A DNA stretch of 64,000 nt from Eledone cirrhosa (GCA_964016885.1 OZ024740.1:133796001-133860000), one strand, 5' to 3'. Positions 25,053 to 40,279 are shown, counted from the first letter of the stretch. A program made the numbers and translations. The notes: generated from the sequence alone by a model not told the origin.

Positions 25053-27342
25053 TACAATACACATATCTATTTTCTATTACACAGAAATTAAGCCACAAAA
25101 ATATTAAAAATAAACATGGTAATAGTGAAAATAATGCTAATATATCTACCCAATATACATGGGGCAATAATTACAAGAAACACTTATAATAAATAATAAA
25201 CAACAAAATTATATAATATAATACAATATAATAAAGTAGAATATATATAAAATAAGAATATATATAATTTCCGGTTAATTTACAGACACAATATAGATGT
25301 CACAGTGAACATTATATTAACAATTACCATATGTACAACATGGTTCATATTGGGTTACATAATAAATGGGGAAATATCAATCATATAATATAATACAATA
25401 ATACAATAATACTCAAAAAAACTATATTGGTACAGGGAACAATTATGATATTACAGAAAAAATGTTGTTACAGAAAAAATATATAGACATCTAACATGAT
25501 ACGTAAAGTCTAAATACCGTAATGTTACATACTACAATATTAAAATATTAAAATATTAAGATATTAAAAAATATAAAGTTTAAGTATCTTAATGTTATAT
25601 ATAATAAACGGTAAGTAAAAAGGATCTATATCATAATGTAATATATCTTAAAAATAGGCATATAATATATAAATAAATACTTATAATTTCAAGGTTAGTA
25701 GACAGACATATGTGGATGAGCAAAGCCAGACAGTGAGTGGTAAATAAAACCAATCAACCGGAAATTACAAAACAAGGCAAATGTAAACACACTTAAGTCC
25801 CGCGTGCATTAAGAAATTTGGTAAGCACCCAGGAAAACGATCATTTTAAATGACTCCCAACCCTATATGATAAATTAATGTTAAAAATATCAAACCCGTC
25901 CGATAAGGTAGTATAAAATTAGCTATAGTCTCAGTCATTAAAATATATAAACTTTAATATATCGTTACAAATGTTTACAAAAAGGAGTAAAATTATACAC
26001 GCAACGATATCTAAAAAACTGACTTAAGTAAAGTTAAGGTAAGCTAATGGGGACAGAATTGATGAAATATATGGAGGGTGCGAAGTAGCATAAAATATAT
26101 TCGATATACTATAATAAATAATAGAACAGAGCATAGAAGAGTGGGGGGGGGTTAATATAATCATATTTAATCTAGAGGAGTTGACAATAAGTTTATGCGT
26201 GCATGGGGGGGGGGGGGTATAATAGATAAATCAGAATAGACTTAGAGATAAAAATATAAATAGAATTAAAAATAAAAATAAAAATAAAAATAAAAATAAT
26301 GTTAAAATTAAAAATTTAATATACTATAGTTATAAATAAATTCGATATACTATAATAATTCGATATACTATAATAAATTATAATAAATTCGATATACTAC
26401 AATAAATAATAGAACAGAGCATAAAAGAGTGGGGGGGGTTAATATAATCATATTCAATCTAGGGGGGTTGACAATAAGTTTATGCGTGCATGGGGGGGGG
26501 GTTTAATAGATAAATCAGAATAGACTTAAAAATAAGAATAGACTTAAAAATAAAAATAAAAATAAAAATATAAATAGAATTGAAAATAAAAAATAAAAAT
26601 AAAAATAATGTTAAAATTAAAAATTAAAGTTAATGATAATAAAAGAATATATAAAAGTAATAACGTGTGTAATCTTATGTATACTAACAAGGTGTAATAG
26701 TGAAGACATAGATACGGTACAGTGGCCAAATGATTATGAGAGCTAGAATGAAGAGTCATCAAAAACCAATGTATATATATATTCTTATTTTATATATATT
26801 CTACTTTATTATATTGTATTATATTATATAATTTTGTTGTTTATTATTTATTATAAGTGTTTCTTGTAATTATTGCCCATGTATATTGGGTAGATATATT
26901 AGCATTATTTTCACTATTACCATGTTTATTTTTAATATTTTTGTGGCTTAATTTCTGTGTAATAGAAAATAGATATGTGTATTGTAATGTGTGTGCGTGT
27001 GTGTGTGTGTGCGCGCACATATATACATGTATATATTGCACCTTTTGATTTTTGATTTGGAATTTCAGTGTTGGTATAGATATATTATTATTAGAATGTA
27101 TTAGAATGTATTATACTGTGTTATATATAATTCCTGTTCTATATAACCAAATTTGTTTAGATTTAAGTTGGTGACTTTGGACCATATTTGTAATATGGTC
27201 CTTAATGTCATCTACATCCTTAGTTATTATAGTTTTATCCTCATTTTTATTATCGTATATCCTTGTAAGACATTAGTATATGTAAACCCCATATTCTTCA
27301 GAGTTTCTGGCTTGTATCTGCCGAAATTACTTCTTGTTGTTT

Positions 27343-27388
27343 GATTGCCCTGATGAGTCCTTAATAGGACGAAACATTGTCGGCTAAT
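27343..27388 (+). ncRNA. Minimal type I hammerhead ribozyme
   Basis: GCC CTGATGA GTCCT TAAT AGGAC GAAA C ATT GTC GGC TAATAAA: canonical core with a G10.1-C11.1 pair and GUC site, followed directly by a polyA signal. Confidence 0.92.
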
Positions 27389-27446
27389 AAAAACATTTGA
27401 TGTATTAAAGGATTCTTTGTTTTACTCTCTTAATACATATATATAT

Positions 27447-27627
<181 letters not shown>

Positions 27628-27650
27628 TATACATATACATATATATATAT

Positions 27651-28526
27651 GTAACTTTGAATAACTTTGAAATGTTTTGGCCAGTATTGGCCCAGGCCAT
27701 GTCTAACTTAAGCACCACCTGGCGAAGTCTTTCAATTCAGGATTTGGGCACCATGGCCCATTCGAGAAGAGAATTACTGTTTGCGGAGACATATCCGGGT
27801 GTGGGTGGTTTGTCCGGGATTACTTGGAGGAATTTGTCCAAAGACTTCTTGAATTTTGTGTGGTCAGTTTCTGTTTTGACGTGTCCTGGTGTGATGTTGA
27901 GGAGAGCAGGGCCGATTGAGGTGAAATAATTGTGCCGTATTGTTGTTATGAGTTGCGATTTAGATTTTTGAATGGGACGGATAGCACGGGGCCCAAGCCT
28001 TGGGTGTATCTTGAAGGCGAAGCCAACATCATTTGGGCAGTGATGATGGAACATTTTCCACATCATGCAGATAATATAACGCTCACGGCGACGTTGGAGT
28101 GAGTAAAGTTTCAGGTTTTCTAATCGACCCCAGTAGTCAAGGTCTGACATGCCATCTATCTTTTTCGTGATTGCCCTTTGAGGAGCTTCAAGTTTCATGA
28201 TACTTTGTTTCGTGTGGGAGACCACAGTGGACAACAGTATTCAAGGTGTGGTCGGGCAAAAGTAGAGAAGAGAAGGATAATGGTGCGGGAATCTCTCGAC
28301 TGGAAGGTTCTGAGGATCCAGGAACACATTCTGCGGGCCATGTCAACTTTGCTGCTTATATGCGTGGTCCAGCTTATGTTGCTGTCCACGGTTACTCCCA
28401 AGTCTCTGATGTTGTTAGATGCCACGAGAGTTTCCCCGGAGGGAAGGGAGTACGGGAGTTTCAGAGCATCCTCTTTTCCAAAGTGGATCAGTTCGAATTT
28501 GTCTTCGTTCAGTAACATGTTGTTCT
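27651..28526 (-). mobile_element. 3' fragment of a CR1-clade LINE
   Basis: [41 protein letters not shown] / LEAPQRAITKKI..LKLYSLQRRRERY, with one frameshift. Short CAAAGTTA tail repeat; flanked by (TA)n. Confidence 0.88.
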
Positions 28527-28555
28527 TTATATATATATATATATATGTTCATTAT

Positions 28556-28674
<119 letters not shown>

Positions 28675-28706
28675 CATATATGAAAATGTATATACATATA
28701 TACATA

Positions 28707-28757
<51 letters not shown>

Positions 28758-29125
28758 GTACATATATATACATATCATATAGTTATATTTAATATATATA
28801 TATATATATTATATATATATATATACATACATATATACATATACATATATACATATACATATATATATATATAGTCTTTAATTAGTAACATCTTAATATA
28901 AACAACTCACATAAAGGTGTGTATACGTATATATATATATATATATATATTTGTATGTACATATTTTCATATATATATAGAGAGGGAGATTTAGGCGAGA
29001 GAAACATGTATATATAATACAGTAGTAGAGACTAATATATTAATTGTGATCCACTCATTTATTGAAACTGGACCAACGCATGTAAAGGGAACTGTGGATC
29101 ACTGGTCTACTAAGTCAGCCACAAT

Positions 29126-29193
<68 letters not shown>

Positions 29194-29224
29194 CAGTCGA
29201 TCGACTTTCGTCAATTCGGCCCGA

Positions 29225-29403
29225 GGAAACAATGCTTCCGTTGGTCTTTCCAGTTGCTAATACTATATATCGGTCGCAACTCGAGGTAGAATGAGCAACG
29301 TGAAATAAAGTGTTTGCTCAAGGACATAACGCATAACCCGGTCCAGGAATCGAACTCACACCCTTAAGATTGTGAATCCAATTCTCTAACCACTCAGCCA
29401 CAT
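29225..29403 (-). mobile_element. tRNA-derived CORE-type SINE
   Basis: Reverse complement: TGGCTGAGTGGTTAGAG (box A) .. GAGTTCGATTCC (box B) .. GTCCTTGAGCAAACACTTTATTTCACGTTGCTC (CORE-like). Confidence 0.75.
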
Positions 29404-29458
29404 ATATATGTGTGTGTGTGTATATACATATGTATGTATATACTTATATATATATACG

Positions 29459-29510
<52 letters not shown>

Positions 29511-29516
29511 CATATG

Positions 29517-29611
<95 letters not shown>

Positions 29612-29624
29612 GTATGTATATATG

Positions 29625-29656
<32 letters not shown>

Positions 29657-29800
29657 CATATGTATGTATATATGTATATATATGTATATATATATATATA
29701 TATATATAAATATTTATCCCGGATTCAATCGAGGGTAACCACCACAAGTAAGTAAGGTACTCAATACATAGAAGAGTATAAATATTTAATATAGAAATGG

Positions 29801-29847
29801 CTTCTACAGGATTAGAACTGTTTCATCCGAAAGAAATCATCAGGAAA
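29801..29847 (-). ncRNA. Hammerhead ribozyme of a short dispersed family (other copies 32321-32364 +, 33128-33174 +, 49070-49152 inverted pair)
   Basis: Reverse complement: TTTC CTGATGA TTTC TTTC GGAT GAAA CAG TTCTAATC CTG TA GAAG. Shared downstream tail CCATTTCTATATTAAATATT..GTATTGAGTACC. Confidence 0.7.
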
Positions 29848-30232
29848 GAAAAGAAAATATATATACACCGGGAGCTTCCAATAGTAATGGTTGCATTTTT
29901 TAAGGGTATGTCAATATTTATTTATAAAACTGATCTATATTATATTTTATCTGATGAAAGCAAACCATAATTTGACTTGTGTCCTTGAAATATGTATAAT
30001 GAAATAAATATGGTTTTATAAATATAGTTTCCATTTGTTAATATCATATATACATATATATATATATGCATATATAAACATGTTTATATGTACATATATA
30101 TATATATACATATTTATATATAGATATATTTATATACATACACACAAACACACACACATACACACATATATATATATATACACACACACACAAATATATG
30201 TTTATATATATATATATATACATATATAAATC

Positions 30233-30266
<34 letters not shown>

Positions 30267-30410
30267 CATACATATGCAATACATATAATATATATATACA
30301 CACACATATACATATCATACACACATACGATACTACATATATATATATATATATATATGTCTCTCCACCACTCCCCTACACACCCTTGGAGCTCATGTCC
30401 CACACACTTT

Positions 30411-30445
30411 TCACCCGAAGAAGGGCTTATGCCCGAAACGTCGTT
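30411..30445 (+). ncRNA. Degenerate minimal hammerhead in a short pLTR-like fragment
   Basis: AC CCGAAGA A GGGC TTAT GCCC GAAACGTC GT: U4>C and a weak stem I. AATAAA at 30481. Confidence 0.5.
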
Positions 30446-30529
30446 CCCCACCACCACCCCACTCTCAAGAGCGTGAAACTAATAAATCTTTGTTCGTACT
30501 GCCTCTCTATTTTGTTCCCGTTCAATTTT

Positions 30530-30599
<70 letters not shown>

Positions 30600-30693
30600 C
30601 ACACACACACATCCACTCTCATCCCAGGAACAGTTTTGATAGCGCTAGTTTGTGATTTAAATTCAGGAATTTTATATTCTTTGAATTAAAAGA

Positions 30694-30777
30694 ACCTTCT
30701 GACGAGAATCTTTCTTTGCAACGAAGGCCGTATGGTCTCCGTTTTATTTTTGGGATTCGAAACCGATCGGTAAAGGT
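30694..30777 (+). ncRNA. Type I hammerhead with extended (~55 nt) stem II
   Basis: ACCTT CTGACGA GAATC..GATTC GAAA CCG AT CGG TA AAGGT. It covaries with the homologue at 49702-49786. Confidence 0.85.
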
Positions 30778-30896
30778 AACTATAGTAGGTAAAGTCAATT
30801 TTTTAAAATTTATTTTGAAACTTTTTCATTATTTGCTAAACCTTGTTTACATGTATATACATATATATACATTTATATATATATATAAATATACAT

Positions 30897-30927
<31 letters not shown>

Positions 30928-30953
30928 CGTGCATACATACACTCACACACACG

Positions 30954-30997
<44 letters not shown>

Positions 30998-31002
30998 TAT
31001 AA

Positions 31003-31033
<31 letters not shown>

Positions 31034-31090
31034 ATAGTGAATATGTAACGGGAACAAAACAGAGAGGCAGTACGAACAAAGTTTTATTAG

Positions 31091-31150
<60 letters not shown>

Positions 31151-31445
31151 GCATGCACAATACATGCGCTGATAGCAACTCGTTTAAACCGTTTGATCAA
31201 CGAAACAGCCCTGATCAATTAATATGTAAGCGACTGAGCATTCCACAGATGTTTTTACCGTTAACTTAATCCTGAACGAAGCTAAGAGTGACACATGTAT
31301 GAATAGGGGACTCCGTTCAAATACAGGTATACTCCACCCGAAGGGGTTCGAAACAATCAATTCTACCCACCCTAATACACTCACATGGTATTGGACGAGC
31401 CCGCGGCTACGGTAAATGACATTCGTTTAACATGTATATATATAT

Positions 31446-31479
<34 letters not shown>

Positions 31480-31492
31480 GATATATGTATAC

Positions 31493-31559
<67 letters not shown>

Positions 31560-31850
31560 AATATATATATATATATATATATATGTATATGTATACATAC
31601 ATATATATATATATATGTATATATATATATTTATGTATATATACATATATATATATATATGTATATATATATGTATACATACATATATATATGCATATAT
31701 ATATATATATGTATACATACATATATATATGCATGTATATATATATGTATACACACATATATATACATACATATATATATATATTTATGTATATATATGT
31801 GTGTATACATATATATATATGCATATATATATGCATGTATATATGTATAC

Positions 31851-31937
<87 letters not shown>

Positions 31938-32259
31938 TGTATGTATGTATATGTATGTATATATACATTTATATATATATGAGAGTATATAGGTATATTT
32001 ATATATATACACTATATGTATACATATATATATGTATGTATATATATACATACATATATGTATATATATATAGATACATACATACATATATGTATATACA
32101 TGCATATATATATGTATATATATATAGATACATACATACATATATGTATATATATACATATATGTATATATATATATAGATACATACATACATATATGTA
32201 TATATATACATATATGTATATATATATAGATATATACATACATATATGTATATATATAC

Positions 32260-32317
<58 letters not shown>

Positions 32318-32525
32318 GTTATTCCTGATGAATAAAGAATGAAACAGTTCTAGTCGTGTAGAATCACATCTATATTAAAACTATATATAAATATACCTAT
32401 ATACACTCATATATATATATATACATTTATATATATATGAGTGTATATAGGTATATTTAAATATATTTATATATAGGTATATTTTATATATACTCTATAT
32501 GTATACATATATATATATATATATG

Positions 32526-32565
<40 letters not shown>

Positions 32566-32674
32566 TATATATATATATAAATATTTATCCCGGATTCAAT
32601 GTATACGTATAGTGTATATATATAAATATACCTATATACACTCATATATATATAAATGTATATATATATATACA

Positions 32675-32751
<77 letters not shown>

Positions 32752-32825
32752 TTATATATATATGAGTGTATATAGGTATATATATATATATACACTATAT
32801 GTATACATATATATATATATGTATG

Positions 32826-32856
<31 letters not shown>

Positions 32857-32958
32857 GCATATATACATACATAAATATATATATATGTATACATATAGTG
32901 TATATATATAAATATACCTATATACACACACATATATATATATATAAATGTATGTATG

Positions 32959-33079
<121 letters not shown>

Positions 33080-33103
33080 GAGATGTATATATATATATAA
33101 TGT

Positions 33104-33245
33104 TTAGTATAGAAATGGATTCAGGAAAGGCCTGATGATTTACTTCGAATGAAACTGTTCTAGTCTTGTAGAAGCCATTTCTGTATTAAATATTGTATAT
33201 ACTCTATGTATTGAGTACCTTACTTTGGTTCCGCGCCACTGAGCC
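33104..33245 (+). mobile_element. Short HHR element with a remnant inverted 5' arm
   Basis: TCAGG AAAGG CCTGATGA fold-back directly 5' of the core, then the family tail (same family as 29710-29850). Confidence 0.6.
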
Positions 33246-33405
33246 CGACGCACACACACAGAGACACACACATACACATATACACACACACACACAAGTG
33301 TTTTTATATGTATATATATACATATATAGATATATATATACAGGCACACCACATATATATATTAATATAAGGAACTGTTTCATTGTTTTATTCATTATTT
33401 GTTTA

Positions 33406-33507
<102 letters not shown>

Positions 33508-33581
33508 TTTATTATATTTATATATATATATATATAAATATATAATAGATATATATATATATATATATTTTATTAAATTTT

Positions 33582-33631
<50 letters not shown>

Positions 33632-33664
33632 TATAATATTTATATCTATATATATATTTTATTA

Positions 33665-33704
<40 letters not shown>

Positions 33705-33779
33705 TATATATACACGTGTGTGTGTATATTCATTTATTATGGCTAACTGGGGAGACTTGCTACTCTGGAGTTTCAACTG

Positions 33780-33830
<51 letters not shown>

Positions 33831-33833
<3 letters not shown>

Positions 33834-33948
33834 TTGAAATAAAATGAAAACGAAATTTCATTTCTCACTCTTAGTATGGCACTTACTTAAATGTAAGTAT
33901 GTATGTATACGTACATACATATATGTATACAGACGTACAGTAGCATGC

Positions 33949-33988
<40 letters not shown>

Positions 33989-34420
33989 ATACAGGTACAC
34001 ATACATATATGCACGCATCAGTTTAGCGGACGCTTATTATAACGCCGCTTTGTTCGTTTGTAAACAAACTGAACAGACTGAATTTATGCCATACGGTGTT
34101 AAGGCAACCACGGCACCTTTTTGTTCAACACTGACACAGGAACGATGTACTAGTTTCAAGCTTGTTAGCTATCATCATCACCGTATACCCTTCTGCCAGA
34201 TAGTTGAACGTTCGAAAGTATATACTTTCCTTATGAAAATTAACGGCTGAGCAGCCTAATTTGCATATTGAGTGAGTTAAATCGGTCAGGCATACCGAAA
34301 ACGATAGGTTGAAATAAAATGAAAACGAAATTTCATTTCTCACTCTTAGGAGGGCACTTACTTAAATGTAAGTATGTATGTATACGTACATACATATATG
34401 TATACAGACGTACAGTAGCA

Positions 34421-34478
<58 letters not shown>

Positions 34479-34582
34479 CAGGTACACATACATATATGCA
34501 CGCATCAGTTTAGCGGACGCTTATTATAACGCCGCTTTGTTCGTTTGTAAACAAACTGGACAGCCTGCATTTATGCCATACT
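33831..34582 (-). mobile_element. ~1.6 tandem units of the ~480-bp retrozyme-like family
   Basis: AGGTTGAAATAAAATGAAAACG occurs at 33831 and 34306 (period 475). The HHR at 34142-34184 has C3>A (ATGATGA) and is probably inactive. Confidence 0.8.
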
Positions 34583-34722
34583 TACATATATATATATATA
34601 TATATATATATGTATACATATATATATATATATATATGTATACATATATTATATATATATATATATATGTATACATATATATATATATATATGTATACAT
34701 ATATATATATATATATGTATAC

Positions 34723-34763
<41 letters not shown>

Positions 34764-34841
34764 ACATATATATATATATATATGTATACATATATTATAT
34801 ATATATATATATGTATACATATATTATATATATATATATGT

Positions 34842-34921
<80 letters not shown>

Positions 34922-35167
34922 ATACATATATATATATATATATGTATACATATATATATATATATATATGTATACATATATTATATATATATATATATAT
35001 ATGTATACATATATTATATATATATATATATATATGTATACATATATATATATATATGTATACATATATTATATATATATATATGTATACATATATATAT
35101 ATATATGTATACATATATTATATATATATATATATATATGTATACATATATATATATATATGTATAC

Positions 35168-35204
<37 letters not shown>

Positions 35205-35206
35205 AC

Positions 35207-35285
<79 letters not shown>

Positions 35286-35331
35286 ACATATATTATATAT
35301 ATATATAATGTATAAAAATCAATACAATATA

Positions 35332-35409
35332 ATTACCTCATTACCAGAGGTTTCCCGAATGAGGCGAGTACGAAATAAACGACTTCATTCGTTCGTCAGA
35401 CGAGGCAAT
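35332..35409 (-). ncRNA. Type I hammerhead ribozyme (PLE pLTR)
   Basis: Reverse complement of 38972-39049, with one loop substitution. Confidence 0.88.
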
Positions 35410-36558
35410 ATAAAACATGGGCAAATACCTAGAAAAACACATCAAGAAAATCAAAAAAAGATATAGATAAATGAAATAGAAATTGAAATATATAAAAATC
35501 TATCAAGAAATCTGTATGTATATACGCTCCCAGATGTGCATATATGTATATGTGTACATGTACATGTATAGTGAGAAAGTGTGCGTAATTCTAAAATAGG
35601 GCAAATGTATCTATATGTCTGTATTATACAAACTGAAATGGTTACATCGTAAATATACGAGTATGAAGGCGCGCGCATAAAACGCCTGGACACTCGTACG
35701 CTTAGGTGCGGAAAGAAAGGAGGTAAGGGAGTGTAATAATTAAAAGAAAAGGGTCAGTCTCGATATATTTATAAAAATATAATAACGATAAATTAGAAAG
35801 AAAAAATTAAAGAAAACAAAAAAAGGGGGGTATATACATACACAGACACGCGTGTCTCACAAAAGAAATGTAAAAATAATTATGCTTATATAAACACGCG
35901 CACTTACACTTCCATACGTTCGATACGTACATACACACACACACACACACATACCTATACTCACGCATATAAACCTGTTTACATGCCCACGTATGAAACT
36001 GAGTAAGTAAAAAAAGGAAGGGGGGGAGAAGAAAAAAGGAACAAAACATAAAACCGAGATGTCAAAAACACGGATATAAAGACACGTACACATACGCATA
36101 ATATATACATACACACACACACAAACACCTGTACACACACACACATATACACATACACACACACATATACATACACACACATACACACACGCACGCGCGC
36201 GCACATACGTAGTCACTCATGTACATATATAAAAAGTATACACACATTAAGACGTTCAGCCATATTGAAATGTGGATAAATAAGTACAAATATAAAATTG
36301 TAAGATAGGCTGCGCAAAAATAAAATAAAAATGAAAATATCTGGATTGAAAAACACAAAAGACAAGTGTAATCAGTTAGTGGAGGAAAAAGGGAAGTAAA
36401 AGAAGGGGAAGTAAAAAATAGAAAATAGGAAGTGGATCGGAGAATAAAGGGGGGGGGGGAATGTGAAGAAAAAATAAAGTGAAAATAAATGAAATTATTG
36501 ACAAGGATAAAAATGAAAGTAAGTCAGAAAGGGTAATTAAAAAGAGAATAATAAGAGT

Positions 36559-38382
36559 TTATGGAGGATAAGTATCTGAAAGTGTGTTAAGTTTATATGA
36601 GCTGGAAAGCAGGTGTGATTTCATGTGTGGGCAACTGGTGAAAATTTCCGTCTTTGTGTTCAGGCATGTCTTTGGTGATTTAAGATTTTGCAATATCCAA
36701 AATTTTTCATTTATGCAGAGCGTGCATTTTCTTGTTCCTCTAGCATATTTTTTAGATTGGTTCAAAATTGATCAATGTAGTTTATATTGGATGCCTTGGT
36801 CTTTCAAATCCCAAATTCTGCTAGCCAGAGCTGTTGTAAATCTTTTTTCTGGATGTCGAAAGGATGCGACATGTGAGTAATAACGCGTTTTGAATCTGTC
36901 TTGCGTCATACCCACATATCGTTCACTGGTGGCTGGATGGTTGTTGCTGATGGTTGTCACTTTAGCCGCATATACAATGGCTTTGGTGTTGCATTTACCT
37001 TGTAATGGGCATTCACTTTTGATTCTACAGGAGCAAGTTTGATTTTCTCTAGGTGATATTTTGTTGAGGATATAGGACTTAATAGGGGGACCGCAGGAAT
37101 AGCTAATTTTAACACAGTTTCTGTTAAAGATCTTATAGTATCTATGTGTTCTAGGGAAATGTTTATCTAGGAGTTCTAGGAATTTTTTGCCTACATTAGT
37201 TTTAACTGCTAGAGAGTAGGGGGGTGTGAACCAGATTATTTTTCTTTTCCTATTTTTATGTTTAAAAGAGTTAGTATAGTTGGGTATGTACTTAATCGGT
37301 TCGCTAAATCCGCTATTTTGGAGGGCTTTATTATAGTAGGAGGATGCCTTATTGAAAATAGCTTCTGAGGAAGAGAGGGTGGAGATCCTACGGCTAATAT
37401 TAGGGATAAGGTTTTTAAAAACTATAGGAGGATGGCAAGAGCCTTTATTTATATATTTTAAATTTTCATTAGGTTTATGGTATGGTTTATAAGAAGCAGT
37501 AGGCAAATCTAGGTTTATATCTAGGAAATCTACGTTGGAAAGGTTAGTGTCAATAGTAATTTTAAGATTAAAACTAGCGAAGGATTTTATTAAGTCTTTC
37601 CTTAATCTATCTAAGTTATGGCCTATGGTAGTATGGGAAAGTATTAGACCATCATCGCGATAAAGCCCCAAAATATGGTTCGGAAATTTTTCTTTAAGTG
37701 TATGTAAGAGGAATAGGCCGACCAGATCACAAACCTCGGCACTGTCATAAGAGCCCATTGAGACATCGAATGGGTTTTCTGGGTTAGATATTTTTACCCA
37801 AGTGTCATTATCATTAAAAAGTAGAGTGTTCCTAGCATGCAAGATGACATCCTCTTCAATATCGGAGATATTAGTGAACCCTCTAGCGAAATTTAAAGCT
37901 TTCACTAAAAGGGTCTGAGTAATAGATGGGTAGAAATCTACGATGTCAAATTGGGTGAATCTAGAACTGATTTTGTTTTTAATATTATTAAACCAATGTA
38001 CTACGGAAGAGCTATTTATCCATTGGAGTAATTTAGAATTACTTCTAATGTGTGTATTTAATTTATTTAAAATTTTTTTGCTGGCAGGACCAATATCAGT
38101 CTTAGCAGGGTTGATTAATCTACAACTAGGGCGATTAATAAAGTCGGGTTTATGATCTTTAAGGGTGATATACGCAGAACGTTTAGCAGGTTTTTCTGTC
38201 CTATTATCTATTTTTAAAGAAACAGCTAATTCTTTAGCTTCCTTATTTATATTATGGTACGTATATATATTAGCTATTTGGTATTTAGAGGTGATATTAT
38301 CTATTAATAGTTGGTCGTGTAAATTATTATTAACTTCGTATAGGTTTTTAGTTTTATCTGAGAAGATGAACTTATTATTAGA
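36559..38382 (-). pseudogene. PLE reverse transcriptase-GIY-YIG ORF, 5'-truncated, with one in-frame TGA
   Basis: RLINPAK, QFDIVDFYPSI, FDVSMGSYDSAEVCDLVG, LYRDDGL, VDFLDI, IIWFTPPYS, IVYAAKV..YVGMT..RYYSH, CTLCINEK, SCPH. The TGA at 36772-36774 replaces a Trp conserved in the sister copies. The annotated N-terminal MPTYET comes from the inverted arm. Confidence 0.93.
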
Positions 38383-38971
38383 AGTTTCATACGTGGGCAT
38401 GTAAACAGGTTTATATGCGTGAGTATAGGTATGTGTGTGTGTGTGTGTATGTACGTATCGAACGTATGGAAGTGTAAGTGCGCGTGTTTATATAAGCATA
38501 ATTATTTTTACATTTCTTTTGTGAGACACGCGTGTCTGTGTATGTATATACCCCCCTTTTTTTGTTTTCTTTAATTTTTTCTTTCTAATTTATCGTTATT
38601 ATATTTTTATAAATATATCGAGACTGACCCTTTTCTTTTAATTATTACACTCCCTTACCTCCTTTCTTTCTGCACCTAAGCGTACGAGTGTCCAGGCGTT
38701 TTATGCGCGCGCCTTCATACTCGTATATTTACGATGTAACCATTTCTGTTTGTATAATACAGACATATAGATACATTTGCCCTATTTTAGAATTACGCAC
38801 ACTTTCTCACTATACATGTACATGTACACATATACATATATGCACATCTGGGAGCGTATATACATACATATTTCTTGATAGATTTTTATATATTTCAATT
38901 TCTATTTCATTTATCTATATCTTTTTTTGATTTTCTTGATGTGTTTTTCTAGGTATTTGCCCATGTTTTAT

Positions 38972-39049
38972 ATTGCCTCGTCTGACGAACGAATGAAGTC
39001 GTTTATTTCGTATTCGCCTCATTCGGGAAACCTCTGGTAATGAGGTAAT
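38972..39049 (+). ncRNA. Type I hammerhead ribozyme (PLE pLTR), long stems I and II
   Basis: ATTGCCTCGT CTGACGA A CGAATGA..TCATTCG G GAAA CC TCT GG TA ATGAGGTAAT. Confidence 0.88.
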
Positions 39050-39149
39050 TATATTGTATTGATTTTTATACATTAAATTTTGCTCTGATACTTACATAGA
39101 GCACTCTTCATTTCTATGACCTTTTCTGTTTCCAACGGAAATTTCAATA

Positions 39150-39231
<82 letters not shown>

Positions 39232-39233
39232 AC

Positions 39234-39290
<57 letters not shown>

Positions 39291-39292
39291 AC

Positions 39293-39343
<51 letters not shown>

Positions 39344-39512
39344 ACATATATTATATATATATATATATATATATGGATACATATATATATATATATATGT
39401 ATACATATATTATATATATATATATATGTATACATATATATATATATGTATACATATATTATATATATATATATATATATGTATACATATATATATATAT
39501 GTATACATATAT

Positions 39513-39553
<41 letters not shown>

Positions 39554-39558
39554 GGATG

Positions 39559-39590
<32 letters not shown>

Positions 39591-39621
39591 TATATATATG
39601 TATATATATGTGTGTGTATAT

Positions 39622-39675
<54 letters not shown>

Positions 39676-39686
39676 ACACAAACATA

Positions 39687-39720
<34 letters not shown>

Positions 39721-39813
39721 CATACATACTTACATACATACATATATACATACATATATACATATGTGTGTGTGTGTTGAGAGAGAGAGAGAGATAGAGA
39801 TAATTAGATAGAT

Positions 39814-39954
<141 letters not shown>

Positions 39955-40279
39955 AGCGAGAGATACAAATAACCTCCCAAATTTGAAAGCTGAACTCTCA
40001 GGTTAAAATTTGATCCTCTCATCTACCCTCATAGACAACATATAACAACAACAATATTTTGTCTTCCGGGCACATGGCGACTTTCGGCTCCACACCCTCT
40101 TAGGCGGAACTGAAAGACTCAATGGTCGCTCCATTCATTCATCCAAACCACGTTTACTACTCCTCACGTGACGTTCATAAAATCTGGCAATAGTACGAAC
40201 GATAATATATATACATATATATATATATATATATGCGTGTGTGTGTGTGTGTGTGTATGTATATAAATACATACATACA

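Larger units (their letters stand above)
24495..27434. mobile_element. Non-coding PLE-derived element with ~670-bp inverted arms, each ending in an HHR + AATAAA
   Basis: 24597-25268 is the reverse complement of ~26770-27434. The AT-rich spacer contains a ~290-bp tandem duplication (26100 vs 26387). No credible ORF. Both ends abut (TA)n. Confidence 0.8.
35307..39150 (-). mobile_element. 5'-truncated Penelope-like element (RT + GIY-YIG) with a ~690-bp inverted pLTR at its 5' end
   Basis: Coding region 36559-38400. 35307-36000 is a near-perfect reverse complement of 38383-39074. HHR in both arms; (TA)n on both flanks. Confidence 0.95.

Noticed and set aside
29950-30000. CTGATGA..GAAA hammerhead-like words (also 41862-41890 minus)
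   Set aside because: Stem I or stem II cannot be formed convincingly; at best highly decayed.
36772-36774. In-frame TGA in the PLE ORF as selenocysteine or readthrough
   Set aside because: It aligns with a conserved Trp (YSIQW at 45.6 kb, YSMNW at 18.3 kb), so a TGG>TGA nonsense mutation is the simpler explanation.
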